From: Candidatus Uhrbacteria bacterium
GTDB lineage: Bacteria > Patescibacteriota > Patescibacteriia > UBA9934 > GWF2-40-263
DNA: 64,000 nt
Assembly: GCA_016188475.1 (NCBI GenBank)
Contig: JACPHT010000006.1
Coordinates: 68,313-132,312, forward strand
Direction: 5' to 3'
The position numbers and the translations under genes were made by a program. Positions within the stretch are counted from its first letter, which is position 1. Each line of letters begins with the position of its first letter. Of the stretch, positions 55,472 through 64,000 are shown in pieces. The notes beneath the pieces were generated by a model. That model did not search any database, was not told the DNA's origin, and saw only the letters and a program-made list of their open reading frames with translations.

Positions 55472-57040
55472 TCAAACTGGTAAATTTGGTGGAACAAAAT
55501 CGTCACTTTGCGTTAATGGTTTTTCTTTTACCGGACTTGTTGGTGGTTTAACATCTGGGACTTCGGCGGAACCTATTGTGTCTTCGATCTTCGTTTCACG
55601 CTGGTTAAAGCCAGTGGCTTCAGCGTCTTCCTCCTTTCCTTCAGTTTTATTCATCCCTTCCATTTCTTCCTTCTCTTCCCTCCCCACTGCCAAGGTCTCC
55701 TCTTCAAACGTAATTGGAAGTCCAACAGGAGGTTCAGCTCGTCGAGCTTCGGCTTTCTTAACCAACGGCGCCTTAAATCCAAATGTCGGGAAGTGCCAAA
55801 GCGAAGCTATTTCCTCAACATTCAGAAATGATGGATCGGCTCCGATTCCCCAGCTTCGGTTTTGGTACGCCTTCATAAGCGTATGCTGTTTTTTTGTATA
55901 AACCCAACGCATCCAAAAATAATCATCTTTAGGAACTTGTGGAATAAAGAGCTCAAACTTATTCAACGCAAGATCAGCATATTGATTCAGGATGCCTTTT
56001 ACCATTCCAGTTCGTTCAACTTTCACAAACGCGTTCTTTTTCGCGACATAAAGAATTCGAATTTTTGTTCCCATTCCAACTTTTGAAAGTTTTCGGTATA
56101 AAGCATCTGCCTCTTTTGTTTCTTGTAAAGGCAGTAAAACATACGGCTCTTTTTTTGTTTCTTCTGTTGTGATGCCAAATAAGCCTCCAAGATCAGTTCC
56201 GGTTGCATTTGCGACCACTCCAATTGGCCACGAAACAACTGAATCAATAGCGGAAACTATCGCGCTCTTTTTTGCTTGCTCTGTTTTACCATAAAGTTTA
56301 TTGAGTCGTGCAATTCCTTCCTTAATCCAATCGTTCGTCGATGGCTGAACGATCATTTGAAACCAAAAATGTTCTCCTGGACGCATTTTTGCGAGTTGTT
56401 CAAGCGTGTGTCCAAGTGGATCCTTGATCTCTCCAGTTACCTTATCCTCAAATTCTATGTATGTACGAATTGGATACATTGAAGGTTTTGCAAGTTTGAA
56501 TTCCCCGCCCCACATTTCATATTCATTATCTGGATATACATTTGGAAATTTGGTTGAATAATCCTCGACTTCTGAAATTTCAGCATCAGGATAATGAGCA
56601 TAAATTCCGGCTTCGATCATGTCACGAAAACGAGTTTGCGTTCGAACAAGAAATTGGATATACCCCTCGGCTGAAATTATTTCAAAAGAAAAACTTGGAT
56701 GATATTTTCCAACTATCCACGTTTCCTTCCAAGTTAGAGTCGACTTGGATCCATACAAACTCGAAAACAAATTCTCAAGCGCTTTTGGCGTTTGTTCTGT
56801 CATTGAAGGAACGTCTATCGCTAACAAAACAAATTTTAAAGTCTTTGACCATTCGCCCTGACGATAGTTTTGCCACATCATCACAAAACCCCAACCAAGT
56901 GTGATCGCAATCGGAATCCATCCAAACCAAATAAAAAAATTAAAAAGAATGACGTCAATTGGACGTTCAAAAAACGGAACTGCTACAGCTGAAGTTTGAA
57001 CTGCTTGTTGAACGATTGGTATTGCAAAAAGCGGAAGCAT
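55472..57040 (-). CDS. hypothetical membrane-anchored protein (2 N-terminal TM helices, large soluble domain, acidic C-terminal tail); partner of the ATPase
   Basis: 522 aa. TM helices around residues 1-25 and 35-60, no recognised domain, C-terminal Glu/Lys/Pro-rich low-complexity region. 33-bp gap to the ATPase gene. Confidence 0.45.
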   Translation of the reverse strand: MLPLFAIPIVQQAVQTSAVAVPFFERPIDVILFNFFIWFGWIPIAITLGWGFVMMWQNYRQGEWSKTLKFVLLAIDVPSMTEQTPKALENLFSSLYGSKSTLTWKETWIVGKYHPSFSFEIISAEGYIQFLVRTQTRFRDMIEAGIYAHYPDAEISEVEDYSTKFPNVYPDNEYEMWGGEFKLAKPSMYPIRTYIEFEDKVTGEIKDPLGHTLEQLAKMRPGEHFWFQMIVQPSTNDWIKEGIARLNKLYGKTEQAKKSAIVSAIDSVVSWPIGVVANATGTDLGGLFGITTEETKKEPYVLLPLQETKEADALYRKLSKVGMGTKIRILYVAKKNAFVKVERTGMVKGILNQYADLALNKFELFIPQVPKDDYFWMRWVYTKKQHTLMKAYQNRSWGIGADPSFLNVEEIASLWHFPTFGFKAPLVKKAEARRAEPPVGLPITFEEETLAVGREEKEEMEGMNKTEGKEEDAEATGFNQRETKIEDTIGSAEVPDVKPPTSPVKEKPLTQSDDFVPPNLPV

Positions 57041-57063
57041 AGGTGCCTATAAAAATAGTATAT

Positions 57064-57096
57064 CAAAAAAACGGACTGCTGTCGTCCGTTTGTTTT
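57064..57096 (-). terminator. rho-independent terminator downstream of secF
   Basis: Minus-strand hairpin aaacggac-gacagca-gtccgttt followed by TTTTTTT. Confidence 0.6.
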
Positions 57097-57128
57097 TACC
57101 TCCAGCTTCTTCATCCTCTCCAGCTTCT

Positions 57129-58022
57129 TCAGCTTCTCTTCTTCATCTTCTCCCAAACCACGAGCAGTGGACTTGCTAAAAAAATTGAAGAGTATGTTCC
57201 AACTGTGATTCCAATAATAAGGGCAAGCGCAAAAGGTTGCGTGCTATCGCCGCCAAAAATGAAAATTGCAATCAAAGCAAGGATTGTTGTCAAACTTGTA
57301 TTGAGTGATCTAAGAAGAGTTTGCTCAATGCTCATTTCTACTGTTTCCGATAATGTATGAGCTGTTCTACGAAGCAAGTTCTCGCGTGTGCGGTCAAAAA
57401 CAACGATTGTATCGTTGATTGAATAGCCAAGAACTGTCAGTGCGGCCGCGATAATCGCGGCACCGACTTCCCATCCAAACCAAACACCAAATAACGCGAA
57501 TGCCCCGATCATGATAACAACATCATGAAATGCGGTTAGGACTGTAATGGTTGCATATTTCCACGAAGCAACAGGTTCCGAAACCTTACGAAACGCCCAT
57601 GCAACATAAAGTCCAATCAAAATAAGCGTCAAAATAACACCAATAGTCGCTGTGCGTCTCAGTTCGCTCCCGATCACTGGTCCAACTGATTCAAAACTCA
57701 ACTCTGTTAAATTACCATGGGCTGTTTTTATTGCACCTAAAACCGATTGATGCTCATCTTCCGAAAGCATCTGCGTGCGAATCAAAAAACCATTTTCACC
57801 TGACGTTTGAATCGTGGCGTCTTTATATCCAGCATCATCAAACGTCTGTTTCATTGCGCCAACACTTACAGGTTGATCGAATTTAATTTCAATGAGACTT
57901 CCACCTGTAAAATCAACTCCATATTTCAATCCCGGATAAACAATAAGAACAAGGCTCGCAACAACGAGAAATCCTGAAAGAAAAAACCAGTAATTTCTAT
58001 TTTTGATAACTTGTAATTTCAT
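57129..58022 (-). CDS. secF: protein-export membrane protein SecF
   Basis: 297 aa, 6 TM helices, N-terminal ...GVDFTGGSLIEIKF periplasmic domain signature. Confidence 0.85.
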   Translation of the reverse strand: MKLQVIKNRNYWFFLSGFLVVASLVLIVYPGLKYGVDFTGGSLIEIKFDQPVSVGAMKQTFDDAGYKDATIQTSGENGFLIRTQMLSEDEHQSVLGAIKTAHGNLTELSFESVGPVIGSELRRTATIGVILTLILIGLYVAWAFRKVSEPVASWKYATITVLTAFHDVVIMIGAFALFGVWFGWEVGAAIIAAALTVLGYSINDTIVVFDRTRENLLRRTAHTLSETVEMSIEQTLLRSLNTSLTTILALIAIFIFGGDSTQPFALALIIGITVGTYSSIFLASPLLVVWEKMKKRS

Positions 58023-58023
58023 A

Positions 58024-58162
58024 CCCGGTAGTACAACAATGATTTATATTATCGATTAATTATTTCTTTTGCTAACATTGGTTCGACTACTCATGTTGAA
58101 TGTCATACAGGCTGTGTTAAAGCACGGAAGAACAGGCGACAGATCATTGTTGTCCTACCGGG
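58024..58162 (-). promoter_or_regulatory. ~139-bp structured element E (copy 1) with 20-bp terminal inverted repeats, abutting the secF start codon
   Basis: cccggtagtacaacaatgat ... atcattgttgtcctaccggg (1 mismatch). The 3' arm (mRNA sense) ends 1 nt before the secF ATG. The secD TAG stop lies in the other arm. Confidence 0.5.
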
Positions 58163-60164
58163 CATTATTCGATTTTTTTACGCAAAAGAGCGCAAACTTC
58201 CGCGCCCATTTCCATGCGAGAACATTTTTGAGATAAACACGACTTACCATTATCGCACTAAACATGCTCAATATAACTCCGATCGCAAGTGTTAGCGCAA
58301 ATCCGCGAATAAAACTTGAACTAAACCAGTACAAAACAGCGGCCGCTATCAATGTTGTTAGGTTTCCATCACGAATTGAAGTCCACGCGCGCGTGAACGC
58401 CTCATCAGTCGCTGAACCGAAATCTCGTCCAGAATGAAGCTCTTCCTTCAAGCGCTCAAAAATAAGAACGTTAGCGTCAACTGCCATACCAATCGACAAA
58501 ACAAATCCCGCTATTCCAGCAAGCGTTATTGTGACATCAAAAAAACGATATGCCGCAAGGTTTATAACTGCGAAAAACAAAAGCGCAAGAGTCGCAATAA
58601 GTCCTGGCAATCTATAAAAAACTAGCATGAAAAGCCCAACAAGAATTAACCCAATAAGCCCAGCGTTGATACTTTTTGCAAGTGATACAGCTCCGAGAGT
58701 TGGACCAACGGTTTGTTGTGAAACCAAATTTATCGGAACTGGCAAAGCTCCAGCATTCAAATCCTGCGCAAGCAAACGCGCTTCATCAACAGTGAAATCA
58801 CTAGTTATTACAGCTTGACCGCCATAGATTGCCTGTTGAACTCTCGGAGCTGAAATAAGTCCTCCATCAAGAAAAATCGCTATCGGTTCTCCAACATGAG
58901 CCTCTGTTAGTTTTCCAAATAAATCAGAACCTTCATCGTTGAAGTCAAGCAAAACATTCGGCGCTCCTGATCTTTGGTCAAATTGAACTGACGCTCGCTT
59001 TAGGTGTTTTCCTGAAAGCGCTGTATTTTTCCAAGGTGAACTTGGAACAATGTCAGCTTCGGTTGTGAACGGCATCAAAATGCGCTTTACAGTTACAGCC
59101 GAGACAGGACGCTCATCGCGTTTATAAATTATGTGAAAACCAAACTCTGATTCAACAACATCTGAAATTTCTCCAACTGGAGTTGAAAGAGCCGCAAGCG
59201 CAAAAGCGTCAACGTACTTATCTGGTGTTGCCCACCCAAGATCTTCCACTCCTTCGAGTGTTGAGAAGCTTTCCGGAGTTGCAGATTTTTTCAAATTTTG
59301 AATTTTGATTGAAGCTTCAATTTCAGGGATTGGTTTTTCACATCGCAGTTTACCTTCGTAGCAAACAAGAACATGCGAAAGCAACATTTCTTTTGTATCA
59401 CCAACTTCTTCAACACGGAAAATACTAATACCTTCGTTAGTTTCCAAAACCGAATTTGAAATTTGACCGGCCTTCAACTTTTTTTGTTTGGCTTGAATAA
59501 AATAATCTGAAAATTGAGAATTTGCTGTAATATTTTTGATTGTTGATTTTGCGAGTGGAACTTTGCTATTTTCGGAAATAAGTTTGTCAAAATCTTCGCC
59601 AGCGAGCGCTCGGTCCAAAACAGCATTCGCAGATGCTCGATCATTTTTTTGCATTTCTTTAAGTTGCGTTTTCTCGTCATCGGTCAAAGCGCGTCCAGGC
59701 TCTTTAACAGGTTCCTTAAATTCAAGAACTGGTGTTTTGCCGATTTGCTCAATAGCTTGTGTAACATCTTTGATTCCTGCGAGTTCGATTACCAAACGAT
59801 ATGTGCCGCCAGTTGAGATTGTTTGAACAATAGGCTCTGAAACTCCAAACGAATTAACACGACGTTCGATCACGTTTTTAACTCCATCGAGAGCGTTAAC
59901 TCGCTCTGTAGCAGGTATTTCCGTCATGTCAGCCTCGTAAACAAGATGCGTTCCACCCTGAAGATCGAGTCCAAGACGAAAAGGAGTTTCGGCAATTTTC
60001 ATTCCATCAAGACTAACAGCGCGCACAGCTTGATTCCACAACTGTGGAAAATCATAGCCAGCGAACACAAGTGTCAAGACAATCATGAGTACGCCAATGA
60101 TTCGTCTTGCCCAAGGTTTTTTAGTTTTATTAACTGACTTTCTTTTAATTTTCCATGTTTGCAT
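58155..60164 (-). CDS. secD: protein-export membrane protein SecD (long form)
   Basis: 669 aa; N-terminal TM helix, large periplasmic region, C-terminal 5-TM SecD/SecF core (..LIGLILVGLFMLVFYR...). Confidence 0.85.
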   Translation of the reverse strand: MQTWKIKRKSVNKTKKPWARRIIGVLMIVLTLVFAGYDFPQLWNQAVRAVSLDGMKIAETPFRLGLDLQGGTHLVYEADMTEIPATERVNALDGVKNVIERRVNSFGVSEPIVQTISTGGTYRLVIELAGIKDVTQAIEQIGKTPVLEFKEPVKEPGRALTDDEKTQLKEMQKNDRASANAVLDRALAGEDFDKLISENSKVPLAKSTIKNITANSQFSDYFIQAKQKKLKAGQISNSVLETNEGISIFRVEEVGDTKEMLLSHVLVCYEGKLRCEKPIPEIEASIKIQNLKKSATPESFSTLEGVEDLGWATPDKYVDAFALAALSTPVGEISDVVESEFGFHIIYKRDERPVSAVTVKRILMPFTTEADIVPSSPWKNTALSGKHLKRASVQFDQRSGAPNVLLDFNDEGSDLFGKLTEAHVGEPIAIFLDGGLISAPRVQQAIYGGQAVITSDFTVDEARLLAQDLNAGALPVPINLVSQQTVGPTLGAVSLAKSINAGLIGLILVGLFMLVFYRLPGLIATLALLFFAVINLAAYRFFDVTITLAGIAGFVLSIGMAVDANVLIFERLKEELHSGRDFGSATDEAFTRAWTSIRDGNLTTLIAAAVLYWFSSSFIRGFALTLAIGVILSMFSAIMVSRVYLKNVLAWKWARKFALFCVKKSNNAR

Positions 60165-60165
60165 A

Positions 60166-60303
60166 CCCGGTAGTACAACAATGATATTTATTATCTGTTA
60201 GTATTTATTTGTAGGACATTATTACAACTCCTTAAGTGGGGTGTCGTACAACCAAAATCAATGCACAATAGAACAGGTGACAGATCATTATTGTCCTACC
60301 GGG
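60166..60303 (-). promoter_or_regulatory. ~138-bp structured element E (copy 2) with the same 20-bp terminal inverted repeats, abutting the secD start codon
   Basis: cccggtagtacaacaatgat ... atcattattgtcctaccggg. The conserved ~37-nt distal end agaacagg(c/t)gacagatcatt(g/a)ttgtcctaccgggcat is shared with copy 1, but the interiors differ. Confidence 0.5.
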
Positions 60304-60374
60304 CATACGGCGATAAGTCTAAAAGAAAACCACGATTGGCGCAAGTGGATGAAAAATCGTAAAATACATAAATT

Positions 60375-61625
60375 ATGAACATCAAAAAAACTCTCAAACG
60401 GCTCGGACCTGGATTTATCACCGGCGCTGCCGACGATGATCCGTCTGGAATCGCAGCTTATTCACAATCCGGAGTTCATTTTGGATACGGACAACTTTGG
60501 ACAGCTCTATTCTCATTTCCATTTATGGCCGCTGTTCAAGAAATGTGCGGTCGAATCGGAATGGTAACTGGCAACGGATTGTCTGGAGTGATTCGCAAAC
60601 ATTATTCCAAGCCAATACTTGGAATCATGGTAACACTCCTTGTTGCCGCAAACACAATAAACATAGGAGCGGATTTGGGCGCAATGGCATCAGCTACTCA
60701 ACTGATACTTGGTTTGCCTTTTATTTTTTGGCTTCTTGTTTTAACAGCGTCCACACTTGTACTAGAAATTTTCATTTCATATCCAAAGTATTCCAAAATT
60801 CTAAAATATCTCACTTTTTCATTATTCGCTTACATCATTGTTGCTTTTATTGTTAAACAAGATTGGAAACTCGTTGCTTTTTCAACTTTCATACCATCGT
60901 TTTCACTTGAAAAAGAATATCTGCTGAACATTGTCGCAATCCTTGGAACAACAATCTCGCCGTATCTTTTTTTCTGGCAAGCTGACGAAGAAGTCGAAGA
61001 AGAAGTCGAAGAACACAAAATTTCCGGAATTGGAGAAGGACAACCTAAATTCAATCTTGGTGACTTAAAAGGAATGCGGATTGATACGATCTTGGGAATG
61101 TTTTTTTCAAACCTTGTGATGTTTTTTATTATCATGACAGCCGCATCAACAATAAGATTGAGCGGAATAACAAGCATTGATACCGCTTCGCAAGCCGCGG
61201 AAGCGCTTCGTCCGTTGGCTGGAGATTTTACTTTTTTAATTTTTACTTTGGGAATTTTAGGAACAGGATTGCTCGCGGTTCCAATTCTTGCTGGTTCTGC
61301 ATCGTACGCAGTTTCAGAAGCGTTTGGATGGAAAAGTGGATTATATAGAAAATTTAAAGAAGCTCACGGATTTTACGGAGTTATAACTGTCGCTATCATA
61401 GTTGGACTGATTATAAATTTTCTAAATATCCCTTCATTCAAGATGTTATACTACACAGCGATCTTCAATGGACTTGCCGCGCCTCCACTTCTCATTTTGA
61501 TTCTTCTGATTTCAAACAACAAAAAAATAATGGGGAAATACACAAACGGAAAACTTTCAAATGTTTTGGGTATTTTGATTGCTGGAATCATGATCATCGC
61601 AGGAATTGCAATTTTCGTGTTGTAA
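60375..61625 (+). CDS. mntH: NRAMP-family divalent metal (Mn2+/Fe2+) transporter
   Basis: GPGFITGAADDDPSGIAAYSQSG...AAVQEMCGRIGMVTG N-terminal NRAMP signature; 416 aa, about 11 TM helices. Confidence 0.85.
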   Translation: MNIKKTLKRLGPGFITGAADDDPSGIAAYSQSGVHFGYGQLWTALFSFPFMAAVQEMCGRIGMVTGNGLSGVIRKHYSKPILGIMVTLLVAANTINIGADLGAMASATQLILGLPFIFWLLVLTASTLVLEIFISYPKYSKILKYLTFSLFAYIIVAFIVKQDWKLVAFSTFIPSFSLEKEYLLNIVAILGTTISPYLFFWQADEEVEEEVEEHKISGIGEGQPKFNLGDLKGMRIDTILGMFFSNLVMFFIIMTAASTIRLSGITSIDTASQAAEALRPLAGDFTFLIFTLGILGTGLLAVPILAGSASYAVSEAFGWKSGLYRKFKEAHGFYGVITVAIIVGLIINFLNIPSFKMLYYTAIFNGLAAPPLLILILLISNNKKIMGKYTNGKLSNVLGILIAGIMIIAGIAIFVL

Positions 61626-61631
61626 GTGTTG

Positions 61632-64000
61632 TCACACACCATGACAACGCTTGAATTTCTTCCCGCTTCCGCAATAGCATGGGTCATTTCGTCCGAGTTT
61701 TTTATCCTCTCCCACTCGCCCCATTTCTCCCTTTTCTCCCTCTCCTCCAGCCATAACAATTCCCTTCTTTTCAAAAACTGAACGATCAAGCTCTGCTTGA
61801 ACTTTCATATCAACCGCGTGTTTGGCGTATTTGAAAAACGAATATGTAATTTCAGAATTGATCGAGGACAGTAATCGCTGAAATAAATCAAATCCTTCTT
61901 TTTTATATTCAACGAGCGGATCGCGCTGACCATATCCGCGCAAACCAATTCCAGTGCGAAGCGCTCCCATTCCAGCCAAATGATCAATCCAAAGAATATC
62001 TATCGCCCGCAAAATCACTCCGCGTTCGATGTGATAAATTTCTTTTTTGTCTTCAAACAAATCATAAAGTTGATTATATGAACCGCGAACAATTTCCATA
62101 ATTGCCTCAATCAATTTCGTTTGTTTTTCCGCCAGATCTTTTTTATCTTCAAGCGAACCATATTCTAATTTTAGAATTTCATCTTTTTGAATTTCCGAAA
62201 GCGGAATAATAGTTTGAAGTGTTTCAACAATCTCTGACTTTTTTTGTTTTCTATCTTTGCTCTCTTGGTCCTCTGGGCCATTCCCCAAATGGAACAAAAC
62301 GACCTGTTCAACTTCACCCTCGATAATATCGAGCACACGTTCTTTCAATTTCTCCGGCGAGTTCGCAAACGTTTCCAAAATATCTCGACGTCGCGCGTAA
62401 ATGACTTCTCGATGTTTGTTCAAAACATCATCGTACTCAAGCAAATGTTTTCGAGTGTCAAAATGATGACCCTCAACACGTTCCTGCGCTTTTTCCATTG
62501 CGCGCGAAACCATTTTGTTTTCAATCGGCATGTCGTCAGGAATTCCAAGACGATCCATCATTGACTTTGTTCGATCTGATCCGAAAATTCGCATAAGATC
62601 ATCGTCCATTGAAAGATAAAACTGCGATGAACCAGGGTCTCCCTGACGCCCTGAACGGCCGCGCAACTGATTGTCAATGCGACGAGCGTCATGACGCTCT
62701 GTACCTATAACATGCAACCCACCGAGTTCTTTTACGCGCTGTTCTTCTAAAGCGTCCGGCGGATTTCCACCTAAACGAATGTCAACTCCGCGTCCTGCCA
62801 TGTTTGTTGCGATAGTAACAGCGCCGACTCGTCCGGCTTGAGCAATGATTTCAGCTTCGCGCGCGTGGTTTTTCGCGTTCAAAACCTCGTGCGGAACTCC
62901 AGCTTTTGTTAATAGTTCAGAAAGCACTTCGTTTTTTTCAACTGAAACTGTTCCAACTAACTGCGGTTGACCTTTTTCATGAAGCGCTTTGATTTCTTGA
63001 ACAAGCGCTGTAAATTTTCCTTTTTCAGATTTATAAATTCGATCTGGCAAATCATTTCTAGCTGCGGGTTTGTTTGTTGGAATTTCAGTCACTTCCAAAT
63101 CATAAATTTTCGCAAATTCTTCTGCTTCTGTTGCGGCAGTTCCTGTCATACCTGAAAGTTTTTCGTACATGCGAAAAAGATTTTGAAAAGTAATTGTCGC
63201 GAGTGTTTGGCTTTCTTTTTGAATCGCAACTCCTTCTTTTGCTTCGATTGCTTGATGAATTCCTTCTGAAAAACGACGGCCTTGCATAAGACGACCAGTA
63301 AATTCATCAACAATAATTACTTCGCCGTCTTTCACGATGTAATGAATGTCTTTTTTGTAATTCGCTCGCGCTCGAAGCGCAGTGTCAGCAAAACGAGCGT
63401 GCATTCCAGCTCCAACAGCATAAAGATTTTCAACTCCAAGAGCGCGTTCAATTTTTTCAATTCCGGCGTCTGAAAGTGTTGCTGTTCTCATTTTTTCGTC
63501 AACGTTAAAATCTTCATTCTCTGTTAAACCTGCTACAATTTGCGCAAAACGAGAATACAAAACATCTGATTCCTCTGACGGAGCTGAAATAATAAGTGGA
63601 GTTCGAGCTTCATCAATCAAAATAGAATCGATTTCATCAACGATCGCGTAATGCAAATCTCTCATCACGCACTGCTCAACAGTCGGCGACATGTTGTCGC
63701 GCAAATAATCAAAACCAAATTGATTGTTTGTACCATACGTGATGTCAGCCGTGTATGCTTCTTTGCGCGGACACGGTCGCAAATAATCTTCGCGAACGTG
63801 AAATGATTCGGTTTGAATTTCAACCTCTGTCTCCACTTGTCTTCCATTGTCTTCCATTTGCTTATATTCCGGATCATAAATCAATCCACCATCTTGCTGA
63901 ATACATCCAACGCTCAAACCTAAAAAGTGAAACACTTGTCCCATCCAAACAGTGTCACGGCGAGCGAGATAATCGTTGACCGTAACAAGATGACAACCTT
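61632..64000 (-). CDS. secA: preprotein translocase ATPase SecA (N-terminus extends beyond the window end)
   Basis: DEAD-like motifs (MAGRGVDI, TNMAGRGVDI), C-terminal zinc finger KLGRNDPCYCGSGKKFKRCHG. The minus-strand frame stays open to 64000 (..HLVTVNDYLARRD..). Confidence 0.9.
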   Translation of the reverse strand, partial: GCHLVTVNDYLARRDTVWMGQVFHFLGLSVGCIQQDGGLIYDPEYKQMEDNGRQVETEVEIQTESFHVREDYLRPCPRKEAYTADITYGTNNQFGFDYLRDNMSPTVEQCVMRDLHYAIVDEIDSILIDEARTPLIISAPSEESDVLYSRFAQIVAGLTENEDFNVDEKMRTATLSDAGIEKIERALGVENLYAVGAGMHARFADTALRARANYKKDIHYIVKDGEVIIVDEFTGRLMQGRRFSEGIHQAIEAKEGVAIQKESQTLATITFQNLFRMYEKLSGMTGTAATEAEEFAKIYDLEVTEIPTNKPAARNDLPDRIYKSEKGKFTALVQEIKALHEKGQPQLVGTVSVEKNEVLSELLTKAGVPHEVLNAKNHAREAEIIAQAGRVGAVTIATNMAGRGVDIRLGGNPPDALEEQRVKELGGLHVIGTERHDARRIDNQLRGRSGRQGDPGSSQFYLSMDDDLMRIFGSDRTKSMMDRLGIPDDMPIENKMVSRAMEKAQERVEGHHFDTRKHLLEYDDVLNKHREVIYARRRDILETFANSPEKLKERVLDIIEGEVEQVVLFHLGNGPEDQESKDRKQKKSEIVETLQTIIPLSEIQKDEILKLEYGSLEDKKDLAEKQTKLIEAIMEIVRGSYNQLYDLFEDKKEIYHIERGVILRAIDILWIDHLAGMGALRTGIGLRGYGQRDPLVEYKKEGFDLFQRLLSSINSEITYSFFKYAKHAVDMKVQAELDRSVFEKKGIVMAGGEGEKGEMGRVGEDKKLGRNDPCYCGSGKKFKRCHGV

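Noticed and set aside
57100-57160. CT-rich direct repeat (ccagcttcttca x2)
   Set aside because: Short low-complexity sequence spanning the secF stop codon (57129) and its 3' UTR; no evidence of function.
1-64000. CRISPR arrays, rRNA, tRNA and tmRNA genes
   Set aside because: No regularly spaced direct repeats with unique spacers were seen. None of the few intergenic gaps above 150 bp (16018-16243, 45763-45922, 60164-60375) shows a tRNA cloverleaf or conserved tmRNA or RNase P motifs that I could recognise by eye.

Overview
This 64 kb window looks like a low-GC, gene-dense chromosome segment from a small-genome bacterium (CPR/Patescibacteria-like). Evidence: many genes lack a Shine-Dalgarno sequence, rpoA encodes only the N-terminal domain, and AlaRS is short. 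I call about 70 CDS from protein motifs in the ORF track. From the start of the window, the main blocks are: a 5'-partial UvrD-type helicase with a Cas4-like nuclease domain; mreBCD-mrdA; a Zn/Mn-type ABC transporter (3 genes); greA, lysS, alr, ftsQ-like, an M23 peptidase, gltX; clpB preceded by a CIRCE operator; priA-like, def, fmt; a polysaccharide cluster (WaaL/Wzy-like, two GT2, one GT4, Wzx); the r-protein/rpoA/infA operon; alaS, murJ, corA, era, mnmA; an HD dGTPase-like gene; secDF, mntH and secA (5' end outside the window). No rRNA, tRNA or CRISPR array was recognised. Items worth a second look: (1) a divergent two-gene cassette (34256-36505) with strong SD sites, bounded by terminators, both proteins unassignable. 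(2) An operon of a 2-TM membrane protein, an FtsK/TraG/HerA-type ATPase with a C-terminal zinc ribbon, and an HD hydrolase (52083-57040). (3) Two copies of a ~139-bp element with conserved 20-bp terminal inverted repeats and divergent interiors, placed exactly at the start codons of secF and secD. (4) An ~82-bp hairpin element present twice with compensatory stem changes. (5) A 30-36 bp perfect palindrome present three times, once in-frame inside the GT4 gene. (6) 9-bp-periodic GAAAGGTC arrays at four loci. (7) Compositionally atypical (G+C-richer by eye, not computed) single genes: an orphan pilM with a pilN remnant, and an OPA-family MFS transporter.
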